A stretch of 64,000 nucleotides of DNA, from contig OX597831.1 in NCBI GenBank assembly GCA_951406725.2, forward strand, positions 56,110,001 to 56,174,000, in the 5' to 3' direction. Numbering within the stretch: the first letter of the stretch is position 1; each line of letters opens with the position of its first letter. This stretch comes from Octopus vulgaris (lineage: Eukaryota). The notes under the pieces were generated by a model that was given only the letters and a program-made list of their open reading frames with translations, searched no databases and was not told the origin of the DNA. Below, in pieces: positions 27,930 to 40,720 of the stretch. The translations under genes were made by a program, and so were the position numbers.

Positions 27930-28780
27930 TTCATCCTGTAAGATATTCGAATTTTGGTGAGATTTCCTGTTTGACTGTTGATGACCCAACTACGCACAGG
28001 TTACACATGAATATTAGTCGCCTATCTGAACAGATTCATTTTCAAAATAAGACAAATGAAAGGCGTGACAACTACAGGCATTTCCATTAGTGACGTAAAT
28101 AAAACAAATGATTATAACCGGATATCAAATGTGGTCTTGAATGGAAAGCTAACTATACTTTCATATTACACGCGGTAATAGTTAATGAAAGAGACTATTG
28201 TGGCGTCGGGGGGAAAAATCAGTAAAATCTATCAGCTGTCCGTTTATTAAGTATCCACGTCACTGACAACAAACATACTTTGACCTTTTGTTACTTTAAT
28301 TCGTACTCACACTACAACTCACTTCTATTACAATTAACGAAGGGAGGCGAGAGCGTTTAAGTAGTTTTCAAAAATTATTTATAATTTTGAATTTTTTTCT
28401 GATTAATAGTCGCGAAAATAATAAGGAACATTTAAAAAAAAATTATATTAACATTCAGAAAAGAAATTAACGAAATATAATTGGTTTAGATTAACGATTG
28501 ATATAGTTCCAAACTAACATTTACTAGCTTTGCAGTTTTCGTCGAGATGTCGCGATTTTCATGAGTTGTAGTTAGCATTGTTCCGAATGAAATTAATCTT
28601 TCTTTGAATTCCTATTGAAAATATTCACACTGAGACATTAAAATCGAAATGGCACGACATCGAAGTGTAAGGACGATGAACTATGAAGACGGTAAGTTGT
28701 GGATTCAAGATCCAGTTTTGTTTCTGTCATCATTACTACACAGCGCGAACCTTGCGACATGAAAACTGTTCACTGGCTAT
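27930..28780 (+). promoter_or_regulatory. HBS1L promoter / 5' UTR region (CpG-retaining)
   Basis: High CpG density in otherwise CpG-depleted DNA. CRE-like TGACGTAA (~28091) and CACGTCA (~28256). TCGCGA at 28410 and 28550. Lies directly before the ATG. Confidence 0.6.
28649..28691 (+). CDS. HBS1L: HBS1-like protein, coding exon 1 (MARHRSVRTMNYED)
   Basis: ATG at 28649 in a CpG-rich region. The translation closely matches the conserved HBS1L start (human MARHRNVRGYNYDED, from memory). The 43-nt exon ends G|GTAAGT, a canonical phase-1 donor. Confidence 0.93.
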
Positions 28781-30749
28781 AAATAACTTCTCTCAAGCAC
28801 AATTCTTTTTTTCTTAACCTTTTCAAGCATTTCTCTTCAGTTATACTACTTTATTTCACCAGAACAACTTAATGTATGTGTGTGAGTGTATATATAAATA
28901 TATATATTATGTATATATATTTATATATTACAAGAAATGAGGTAATCAGAAAATGTATGTATATATACACACACACGCAAACACAATGGAAGCCGTTTAT
29001 TGTGATCAATTTGGGACGAAGGTTTTTCTTGATTTCAGTACTCATCTGATCGTGTATTTTAAATGAGTATGGGACACTCTAATACTTAAAACATTTATTT
29101 TCTAATAACCTACACACAAACACACATATGTGTGTGTGTATATATACTTATATGTTTAAGTATATGTATATATGTCGATGTGCGTACATATGTATTATAT
29201 GTGTGTATATATTATATTTATATGTTGTATATGTAGATGAATATATGTGTGTGTGTAAATATAAAAGTAATTTTTATATCCAACTTAACGTGGATGGCTT
29301 GTTAGAATTCCGGATTTTGCGTTTTTAGCTCATAAAATTACGCTACATTGGAAAGGTTTCATAAAACCACGCACATAGATCGATAGATTGTATCAGACGA
29401 GGACTGTCTATATTTATATATACACATACATACATATATATATATATATATGTTGCACCTTAGGAAAATGCTTTCTTAAATAGCCTGAGGCTAACCAAAG
29501 CCTTGTGAGTAGATTTTGTGGACCATCGTGTGCGTGTGTGAGTGAGTGTTTTCCCCCATAACTTAGCGGTTTGGCAAAAGATACCAATAGATAAAGTAAT
29601 AGGCTTTAAAAAAAATAAGTCCTTGGGTCAATTTGTTCAACTAAAACCATTTAAGGTGGTACCCCAGAATGGCCACAGAAATAACTGAAACAAGTAACAG
29701 ATATATACATATATATAGATATGTATGTATGCATGTACAGCACACTCTTTGTGTGCCGATAGAAAAATAAGTATAAGAGGAATCATGTAGTGTGCATGAT
29801 GTGTCTGCACTACTGTGGTCATGTGATGCTGGTCACAGAACTTGTAAAAGAGGAAAATCCAGTAAGACAGGCAAAGCAGTGAAAGCTGATCTCAGAATGT
29901 TGAGCCTCGTGGATTTGATGACAAAGTACCGAGACAATTGAGGAATTGCTCTCCTCAAGAAGCATTTTGTGTATGCTGGACACTGTCTGCACACCCACTC
30001 TACCCCATCAAGTATTCATCTCACCTCCCTGTGCTCCTAATATCCATCCCCTAACTCTTTGCACTACCAGTTGCTGCCTATACCCCCCCCCCAGCTATCC
30101 TTCATTGTCATCATCTCTTCCCAGACACTTGTATCTGCTATCATTCCTTGTGGTCTTTTATATCTGCGACCAAGTCCCTCCCTGTAGCCACCCTTCAGGA
30201 CCTCTACATCTCCCTCATCACCGCACCCACACCTTGCTTATTACCACCTTCTCCCTGATCTATCAGTCCTAAGTTACTTCTATCTTCACCTTCCTCACCA
30301 TACCAATATTTTCCATGAAGCTGCACCCCCCACTCCTATTACCCTCCCCTCACACCCTTAATCCACTGCCTGTATCATCTTTTGTCCCTTGAGGGCTTTC
30401 TCTAGCACCTCATCATTACCATCTTCTTTACTTCCTAGGTATTCCCTTATATAATGAGGTAGCCACTTCTCACCCCTCTTAAATATTCCCTCCTCCCCTC
30501 GCTCAGTTGCAATTTAGGGTTTTTTTCCTTATTCTTTCTTATCTTGCAAGTACTTAGTGACATCGCGAGTGCTGGTGGTACAAAAAGGTACCCCGTATAC
30601 ACTATAAAGTGGTTGGTGTTAGGAAAGGCATCCAGCTGTAGAAACCATGCCAAAACTGACATGGGGCATTGGATCCTGTCAAACCATCCAACCCATACCC
30701 ACATGGAGAGCAAATGTTAAATGATGAAGATGATGATGTATCTATATAT

Positions 30750-31850
30750 ATGGTAGTTGTGGAAGCCAGAGGTTGATGAATGGCTGGTAAGAGTCATCCA
30801 AGTCATGTACATGGATGCTGTCAGTAAGGTTAAAGTTGGCAATGAATACAACAGTGAACTTAGTTACAGGTAAGAGTTTACCAGGGTTTGGTTTTCAGTT
30901 TCCTCCTGTTTATCATAGTTCTTCAGGCTATAACAGAAGAATTTAAGACTGGTTACCTATGGAATGTCCTCTACAATGACCTTGTTCTTATAGCTGAATC
31001 TGAAATGGAATGAGAAAAGATATTCCAGGTGCAGATGCAAAACCTGGAATCATAGTGCTTTGAAGTTAACTTAGCAATGACCTAAGATCTAGTAAGCAGG
31101 AAAACAGACAGTATGCTCATCCCTTCAGAAAACTGGTCTTGTTCATTATGTAGAGAAGGTATAGGTAGAAATTCCTTACAGTGTACCCAGTACAGTGGAA
31201 TCACAGGAAATTAACAGACTTTGTTTGTGGCAGATGCACAGGAGCAGTAAAACTTAAGAACATACAAGAAATAGACTTTCTTGAATATCCAAGAGTGTCC
31301 TTAGAGGTAATAGATAGTTCCTGATACCTAGGTGACCTAATTAGCAGTGGAGGAATATGTTCTGAAATTATAGTTGCCAGAATACAAAACAGCTGGAAAA
31401 ATTTCAGAGAGATATTACCTCTGTTGGCAGCAAAAGGCCTTTCTATCAAAGTGAAGGGCAGATTATATGAAGCTTGTGTAAGAACAGCAATGCTGCATGA
31501 TAGTGAAACATGAGCCCTAAATGCAGAGGATACACGAAAGCTTGAAAGAAATGAAGCTAGTGTATTCCGTTGAACATGCAACATCAATGTGCATAAGAAA
31601 TATCAGGTGTAGTGTAAAAGGGAGAAGACTATTATGTTGATATGGTTATGTGATGTATATGAATGAGGATGGCTGCATAAAGAAGTCCTAGTTCCTTAAA
31701 GTGGATGGAACTTGTGGAAAAGGGAGACACTGGAAGATATCGGATGAAGTACTGAAGACTGACCTCTGGTTGTTGAGCTTCACAAAAGAAACGACTAATG
31801 TACTGAGATGATAGGTGATTTGCTGTGTTCGAGAAGACCCATCCATAAAG
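30750..31850 (+). mobile_element. RTE LINE RT-to-C-terminus fragment in HBS1L intron 1
   Basis: VDEWLVRVIQVMY...QGLVFSFLLFIIVLQAITEEFKTG...DLVLIAES...YLGDLISSGG...KGRLYEACVRTAMLH...GTCGKGRHWK, with many stops. Confidence 0.85.
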
Positions 31851-33174
31851 GCATTTTGTCAATTGCCTATACCACTGAATTCAGTCTGTGTCTCTTACAT
31901 CTTCCCCACAGCTCATCCTTCTTTACACCTTTAATTACAACTGCTGAAATTATTTGAGAGCAGAACTACCTATATTCCATCTCACTTTATGCTACCAGTT
32001 ATCCTTCTCTTTAGAACCACTTCCATTGCACCCATCCCACATTCACATCATCCTTTCCACTGAACACCCTTTCATATCTGCCATTGATCTCCACTCCATT
32101 TTGTTTTTGTGTCATTATATCCACCCTTACATACCTCTGACCTCCATCCCTGTCATTGTACTCTCTCTCTCTTCCATATTTCACATCATCTCCCTATTTC
32201 TCATCTATCTACAGTTTTATTATATTAATAATCTTTTTATATATTGCCACCTACCATTTCCTCCTCCCAGAACCATTTTCCTTACTTTCACCCGAAGTGA
32301 GATTTACATGGTCTGTGTCTTTACCACCTGTTTTCAGCATCTACAGCATTCACTTCTATCCTCATTTCTACTATTTGTTACTCTCCTTTCACACTTGCAC
32401 AAACCTACTCCCCCCAGCTTCAGTTCGCTGTCCCTATTCTCTCTTTATCCACTATCTTGTACCTTGAGGGTACACCCTGATATTTCATTTCCTCCATCCT
32501 TTCGCTCTTTTTTTTTTTGAAGTAACCATGTATCTCTTCTACAGCAAAATACATGTCCTGTCATATTATTGATTCACAGCGCTTTGCACAAAGCCACATC
32601 TGTCAATACTACTTCTCACACTTCTTTCTCACACAGCCATGCCTGCATCTCACTCTCTCTCTCAAGTAAGCATATAGGTACAAAACAAGATAAAAAAAAA
32701 TAGCACTCATATCAAAAATAGACTAAAATATTACATTATTGAAGCCAAGAAAAATTCACAAAATATTATTCAGAGTTTCACATAACCATTCATCAGACAA
32801 TTGTGGTAATATAGACTAACAAATTAGTTTATAAATTTTGATTTATAAATTGTTTTATTAATCTGTATTTACTACTGTCTGATGATGGTTACATGCAACT
32901 CTAAATGCAATTTGCGAACTTTCCTCAGCTTCATTAAAATAATATGTGTGTATTAAAGCTAATACACAAATAGAGAAATTTTATCCACCAATGCGGTGTT
33001 GAGCACTCATTCTCATTATTCAACAGTTTTCTGTGTGTGTACAGACAGTGTCCATCACGTACAAGCATAGACAAAATGCTTCTTGAGGAGAGCAATTCAT
33101 CAATTGTCTCAGTACTTTGTCATCAAATCCATGAGGCTCAACATTTTGAGATCAGCTTCCACTGCTTTGCCTAT

Positions 33175-33870
33175 GTCTTACTGGATTTTCTTCTTTTATG
33201 AGTAATACTCTTTTGGTCTGTGATTAATTTGAAATGCTTGCCAAGAAGATAATGCTTCCACTTTTGAAGAGCCTCTACGATAGTGTAAGCCTCTTTTTCA
33301 ACTGATGGGTGATTCCTTTCACTTGAACTCTGTGATCTTGAGAAAAAGACAATGGGTTTTCCACATTGATTAAGAGTTGCTGCAATGGCTATATCTGAGG
33401 CATCCATCTCAGCCACTTGGTCACAACAATTGCTTTTGCGATTTCTGCTTTCAGATACTCATAGACATTTTTCACTTTTACTGGTAAGGGGAATGTTTTA
33501 TTTATTATCAGGGGATGGATTTTATCAGAAAAATGTAAAATCCATGAGGAGTAGTAAGAGGACATGCCAGCAACCCTTTTTTGAGTTTTGGAGTCATGTG
33601 GGGCAGCAAGTTCCTTCTATGGTTGCAATCTCTCAGGATCAGATATGATGTTTCCTTTCGATACTTGATTTCCTTTGCACCAATAATTACTCTTCTTTTC
33701 ATTGAAGGTTATGTTATACTTCTTAGCACAATCAAGGAAGTGCATGAGGTTTTTGTCATGGTCTTCTTGATTCTTTCCGCAGATGGTAATATTATCCAAG
33801 TATGCAAAAGTATTCTTGATCTTCTCTAATCATATTGTCTATGATGCATTGAAAACAGGCAACTCCATTG
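33175..33870 (-). mobile_element. Ty3/Gypsy LTR retrotransposon pol fragment (RT and RNase H)
   Basis: YLDNITICGKNQEDHDKNL (RT YxDD region) and DASDIAIAATLNQCGKPIVFFSR...EKEAYTIVEALQKWKHYLLGKHFKLITDQKS (RNase H). Confidence 0.9.
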
Positions 33871-36439
33871 AATGTTAAATAAATTGAAATAAGACAATTT
33901 ACAAAAGATGGGCGTGACCTTATGATACGTTTTATTTAACATTCAATACAGCATACTTTACAGTATGATCTACAATAAAAGCAATCAAGATGGCAAGAGT
34001 TAATCACGAACAATGAAACATCTAATGAGGACAAACTTTAGATACAAACACAAATCATGCTATTTATGACAGTGGCTTTGGTCAAACCAAAGCTATAGTA
34101 AAAACCCCTTGCCCAAGGTACCTTGCCATGGACCTGAACCTGACACCATGTTGTTGGGAAGCGATCTTCTTACCCATGCAGCCATGCCTGTGCTTATACA
34201 TTTAGAGGTGTACTGAATCTGGACAGATCTGGGACTAAGCTACAAGAACAAGGAAGGACACATTAGATAATGGTCCTAGGTACACTATGAATGAAAGATA
34301 AAATGCTCGTAGCTTGAATACCTTTGATCAAAGACCTGGATCAGAACTGACTGGTACTAAAACACAAGGAGGAACACATTAGATAATGTAGTTTTACATA
34401 CACATCATCATCTGTTTTCACATCCACTTTTCCATGAAGGAACAAAACAATTTAAAATCTTTGTAATGATATATACACACAAAAACATTGCATTACTGAA
34501 AATCTTGCCATAATGTGGAATTCTGTAATATTTTCTCATTGATTTCCATGGAAGTCATTGCGAATATAGGTTTCACATTATAGAATTACACATGGCAACA
34601 TTTTTTAGGAATCCCTTCATAATGCAAGGAGTATGTGTATGTACTTATGGACTTACACAAAAAAATGTAGTTTAGTAACTTTATTGAAAGGCTGGATTAA
34701 CCATTGATTTCATCTGGTGATTTGCATGTATGCTGTAAGCAATTTAGTCATGAAAGACTTACAAGATTTTCCCCTCTAAACTGTTTTATTTTCATATCTT
34801 TTCTTTCAGCTCTACCTGCAATAAATCTTTTACTGTCTCTCTTAATCTTCTGTCATCTTTTATTGGTTTCTTGTGTTACCATGTGTGGAATGTTTATTGG
34901 AGTGTGGGGAACAGTTGTTTAGCTTCAGGTGAGCCCTGATCAAGCAGATTCATGATTGAGAACCATCCCCCTCTTTTAATAAATCAGTGTTATTTTGGAC
35001 TACATTATCCAAATTTGCCCTTTCTTTTTAAAGATGGCAGTATGATTTGAGGGAGATTTGGTTGAGTAACCACATGGAGGGTCTCTCATTGGGGCAGTTG
35101 TTTCCTCAACTAGACGCCCTCTTTACTGTTGACTGCTGTGCTGTGAGATAGTATTAAAATCTAATTCTGTCATCCAGGCAAGCTCGAACAGTTATGAACT
35201 TTGTCCAAAAGGTCAATAGTTTAGAAAGTTTAAAGTCAAGACCATGTAGTCAGTGGTAGAGCACCTTAACCTGACAGTCATTGTTTTGTCCTTCACAAAT
35301 TACCAGCTGCAATGAGGGAATCTCTGTGCAGTCTTTAGACTGCTAGAACTAGCAGATAAATCTGCCTCATAAACCCTACTTAACCCATTAGCATTCAGAT
35401 TATTCTGTCAAAATATAATGCTTATTCAATCACATTCTTTTGAATTAATCTTGCATTATCTTGTAACTTCAAGATTTCAAGGATGTGATTGTTTAGTTTT
35501 AGAATGATATTGTAAGATAGATGTGGGAGACCTGAACCAGTCAGCTTGAACATAAAATATATAGAATATTTGGGCCAGATATGGCTGGTTTAAATGCTAA
35601 AGGATTAAACAAAAAGGAAAATCATATTGGCATGCTTTGCATACAAATATGAGATGGTCGCAGCCAGTTGTCTTGATATTAGTTCTGGGTAATCAAAACT
35701 AGCCACATCTGGCCCAGATATTCTGTTTTGTGTTCAAACTAACCAGATCTGGCCTCTCACACCTACCCTACAATGTCATTCTAAAACTAAACAATCTCAT
35801 CATTGAAATCTTGAAGTTGCAAGATAAATTCAAAAGAACTAAATGAATAAGCATTACATTTGAAAGAGTAATCTGAATGCTAAAGGATTAAATAGTCTTG
35901 GTTATTTCATCATCATCACTTAATGTCCGTTTTTCTATACTGGCATGGGTTGGCTGGTTTGACAGGAGCTGGCAAGCCAGAAGACTGCACCGAGCTTCAC
36001 TGTTTTGGCATAGTTTTTATGGTTAGATGCTCTTCCAAATGCCAACCACTTTACATTGTGGACTGGACACATTTTATGTGGCACCAGCACTGGTAGGGTC
36101 ATCAAGTAACTCCACAAGACAAAGATTGTTTGAGAGGGTGGGGAGGCATTGGAGGAGGTAGCCTTGTGCCAAGTGATGAGAGGTTAGAGTGTGACAGAGA
36201 AACAGAAACAAGTGTCTGGCTGTAGAGGAGATACATGGTTGTTTATATTTTCTTCCATTTGTTGTTCATATCCAACCCATGCCAGCATGGAACATGTATG
36301 TTAAATTGTCATAATAATGTTTCTCTGTTCTGCACTATTTTGTTTCATTGCTATACACTATTTATAAAACCTACCTTTAGCACAAAATTTTATTCAAAAA
36401 CTAATCAACTCATTATATATTTTTAATTTCTAATTCCAG

Positions 36440-36517
36440 AGTTTTTTGATGACGATGATGTTGAAGATTGTTATGGCCAGTCATTTGATGATAAATATTG
36501 CATCTCTCCTGGAACTG
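36440..36517 (+). CDS. HBS1L: HBS1L coding exon 2 (EFFDDDDVEDCYGQSFDDKYCISPGT)
   Basis: ttttaatttctaattccag acceptor and G|GTATG donor. 78 nt, in frame with exon 1. Matches the HBS1L YGQSxxDxYCISPxT motif. Confidence 0.93.
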
Positions 36518-37599
36518 GTATGCTGTTTATCTGTTAATGTTCACTTCCCTGAAGATTTTATTCTTTATTTTTTTTTTTTATAATCACATGATCAACTCTA
36601 CTTAGAATAAAACATAGTATTACTAAAATAATTTGCTTCACTTACAGTTCAGCTAAAGTAACTGATTCCAATGCTTCTTCAATGACCTTTAACTATTTGT
36701 TATCAGCAAAATTCACATAGGCACAGGCGTGGTTGTTTGGTAGGTAGCTTGCTTCCCAACCACATGCTTTCAAGTTCAGTCTCATTGTGTAGCACCTTGG
36801 GCAAGTGACTTCTTCTATAGTCTTGGGCTGATCAAAGACTTATGAGTGGATTTGGTTGACAGAAACTGAAAGAAGCCCATGTGTGTGCATGTATGTATGC
36901 ATCTTTGTGTATGTGTTTGTGTCCCACTACTGCTTGACAAACGGTGTTGGTGTGTTAATGTTCCCATAACTTAGCTGTTCAGCAAAAAGTGGCTGATAGA
37001 ATAGTACCAGGCTTAACAAAATAAATAAGTACTGCAGTCGATTCATTCAACTAAAAATTCAAGTAAAATAAAAATTGAAAAGCAATTCAAGATATCTAGA
37101 TTCCTTGCTAAAAATGGTCTCACTGTCACTTCATAAAATCTATGAAATGCCAATATTTTGTTTAAATGTTTAGTTAAAATGTAACTAATGGACATTGTAA
37201 AAAAACATTGTTATAAGTACCACAGGGGCAGGCGTGGCTGAAAAGCTTGCTTCCCGACCACTTGGTTTCATATTCAGTCCCATTGTGTTGCACTTTGGCA
37301 AGTGTCTTCTACTATAGCCCCAGGTTGACCAAAACCCTTTGAGTGTATTTGGTAAACAGAAACTGAAAAGAAGCTTGTCATGTATATATCTATATATGTG
37401 TGAGCATTACTGTCCCATTATCTCATCACATGACCGTTATAAACAAGTATCACCATTGTACAAGCAGTGTCCTTTGTTCCAAGCTTCTCTGAATCATATC
37501 TGGCCTTGGGGAAATATTACCGTAATTAGAAATAGGTGAGGGTTGACAACAGGTAGATGTTAAAGAGTGCTCTTTCTTCAGTTCATTTCAATTATAGAT

Positions 37600-38476
37600 A
37601 ACAACACAAGAATTCAAAATAAGATATTCTTTGGAACATTTTTATATTGATGACTTGATTCCCAAAGCAAATTTTTCTCAAAGAACTAGAGACGAGTTCC
37701 AGACTTGGAAAGAATGTTCAAGGGCCCTAAAAGTCAATATAGAAAATACCAAACAACTAACTAGCAACAGAGAGCACAAAATTATTACTTGATACATAAG
37801 GAGTAGGTTAACACTTGGTATTTAGTTCATAAGTGCAAGCATTAGGTATCATCATCATCATCATCGTTTAACGTCCGCTTTCCATGCTAGCATGGGTTGG
37901 ACGGTGCTAGCATGGGTGTATTTCTGGCAGATTGTCTGAGAACCAGGATTTCAGTTGCACTATAAGAAGTCCTGTTGTTCAGATAGTATGATAGACTATT
38001 ATCTAGGTCAGTGGTTCTTAACTATTTTTTACATATGGACCCCTTTGATTCTTATTCTACTCAGGGGTTGGGGGACCTTCGTAGTCATTCAATGTCTAAA
38101 AATTATATTTTTATGATTAAATATTATTTGGAATTGTATAAAGAATGTTTAAGTATTTTGTATATTGTAGAAATATAACTAGCTTACCACACCTAACTTT
38201 TTAACAACAAAACCTTATATAGACACCCAAGGACCATGTGAACCCAGATTGAGAACCACTGATCTAGGTGATGTAATTATTACCGGAAGTGGTCATAGTA
38301 AAAGTATAGTAGCTAGAGTCAAAAGGAAGTGGGGGAAAATGTTTAGGGAATAGAGCCTTGGACATTCTTTCCAAGTTTGCAACTTGTCTAGTTTTTTGAC
38401 AAAATCTCCAATGAGAACCAGGTCATCAGTATAAAAATGTTCCCAAGAATATCTTGTTTTGAATTCTTGTGTTATC
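37600..38476. mobile_element. Foldback/MITE-like element with ~130-bp imperfect TIRs, hosting nested insertions
   Basis: 37600-37730 is inverted at 38350-38476 (AACACAAGAATTCAAAATAAGATATTCTT / AAGAATATCTTGTTTTGAATTCTTGTGTT). Confidence 0.7.
38009..38261. mobile_element. hAT (Charlie-like) MITE with 8-bp TSD
   Basis: CAGTGGTTCTTAA...TTGAGAACCACTG flanked by ATCTAGGT at 38001-38008 and 38262-38269. An older relative lies at ~2868-3169. Confidence 0.88.
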
Positions 38477-40090
38477 TTTTACATCCATTGATAATGAAAA
38501 ATTTTTTGAGCAAAAAGCTAATTATGAAGTATGTAAGGGATGTATGGAAGTGAGGTAGGACCATTGAATGTGGAAGGTCGACAGAGTTTTGGGAATTTGG
38601 AAATGGAACATCAGCTTGCATGAAAAGCAGAGTACAAGTGGATTGAAAGTATAGTTGGACATTAAAAGTAGTGGCTGATGTACACAAGAGATGACTGCTA
38701 GTATGTACCTGTGGTGTGAATGTTGCATGAGATGGCTATGTACAGAAAAGTAGAAAAATATATTAAACTAGCACTATGACCCAGCGCTGTCGGGTCTAGT
38801 GCTAGTCAAGCATATTTGGTCTTTCATGAAAATCCCTCTCTCTTGTCATTCACCTGGTCTAACTCATTAATTATTCCCTGCATTTCTCAAATCAAAAAAG
38901 CATGCATGTTTGAAAGCCAAAACACATGATAACGCGTCTTCGCAAAACCCAAAATTGCACAGAGTCATACAGACTGTCTGCAAATGCGCACGCACATCCA
39001 ACTGTCAGGTGTAAAATTATCTCTGTCCAATCAAAAAACAGACATTTTGCCATTTATAGATATAGAGATTTTAAGCAAATGTTTAGAAATTCTCTGGGAA
39101 ACTGGAAAATCCAGAAATCCGGGATAGTTCCAGTCCTAAATTGGATAAATTGGTCTGGTACAGTACTGAGGTGTGATACATAACAAAGGGAGAGAAATGC
39201 AAAGTTTTAAAGAGTTATTTCCCTTGCTATGGTTTAATATCTTTAGATTAAACTCCTGGATTAAGTGAGTTACGTCCCTTGTATTAAAGACTTTTGTTAC
39301 CTGAAACATAAGGGGTCAGTTTATCGATTTTTTAAAAATGGTTTTCAGGGGTAACTGGGAAATGAAAAGATCTTCACAACCACCCTTGGACGGTTTTGAA
39401 TGACCATAGAAAGTGCAAGCCCTCTAACTGAAAAATTGTGGGTTTGTATAAAGGACACACACACACATACATTTTGCCATTTATATACATAGAAATAATG
39501 ATTAAAACAAATATGTTGTTTAATCCACAGTAACAAATTTAAGATACTGTTTTTTTTTTTTACTTGTTTCAGTCATTAGACTGGGGCCATGCTGAGACAC
39601 TGCCTTGAAGAATTTTTAGTCGAATGAAACAACCCCAGTACTTATTTTTATTTATTTTCAACCAGGTACTTATTCTGTTGGTCTCTTTTGCTGAACTGCT
39701 AAGTTAGGGGTCATAAGCATCGACACCAGTTGTCAAGTGGTGGTAGGGGACAAATGCGCACATGCACACAACAGGTTTTTTTCATTCTCTGTCTACCAAA
39801 TCTACTCACAAGACTATGGTCAGCCTGAGACTATAGTAGAAGACACTCACCCAAGGTGCCATGCAGTGGGACTGAACCCAAAACCATGTGGTTGGGAAGC
39901 AAGCTTTTTACCATACAACCATGCCTGCACCTATTTTGATATTTTACCAAATGAAAATCTTAGAAAAGAATGAGAATGCTTTCAAATTATAACAATTAAA
40001 TCTCTGTGTAATACTATTCTAACTTTTTTTTTTTTAACATTTCAGAAATATTCTTCATAAATTTCTTATCATTTATTTATTTACTTTCAG

Positions 40091-40240
40091 TGGCCCAGTT
40101 CACATTTCCCAGGAAGTCCAATCTTGACCTTGGTTCTTACATTAGTAGTGATTCTCCATCAAATGTGGAACCACCAATCATTACCCCAGATTCACCAAAA
40201 TGTTCTTCCAAGAAAGTGACATACAATAGTTTTGATGAAG
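40091..40240 (+). CDS. HBS1L: HBS1L coding exon 3 (VAQFTFPRKSNLDLGSYI...NSFDE)
   Basis: ttactttcag acceptor and G|GTAAG donor. 150 nt, open frame. AQF continues the conserved SPxTAAQF motif. Confidence 0.88.
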
Positions 40241-40299
40241 GTAAGACTGCATAAAAAAGAGATCTGAAACTACTGAACAGATCATTTAGCATAAAGCCT

Positions 40300-40720
40300 G
40301 ATTTACACTAAAGTTTTAACATGACTATTCTCAATAAGAGCAAGGAAGAGAGTCCTGCTAGTATACATAGAACTTCTCCTTATATATGGCTGTATGACCT
40401 GCAACATTAAGATACAAATACTAAAGCAGAGGTGTAGCCCCTTAAACAAATGTTGATTATATAAAATAAACAGATATTGAAATTCCTGGATAAACAGAAA
40501 TGTAGAAACTACTAATAAACTTTTTAACAACATAAAGATACGACAGGTTAAGTTCATTGGACATCATATGGGAAGATCCAGCCTTGGATACTTAGTGACA
40601 GTTGAAAAACTGAAAGAAACAGTCAGGGAAGTAGAAAAAATACCTGATGACTGACTGGACTGATTCAATAGCTTGATAAGTTATCGGTGGAACAGAAGCA
40701 GGGATGAAGGCCCATGATCG
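40300..40720 (+). mobile_element. Degraded RTE-like LINE 3' fragment
   Basis: Remnant RKRVLLVYI..LLIYGC..RQVKFIGHHM..LVTVEKL, typical of an RTE C-terminus. Confidence 0.5.
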
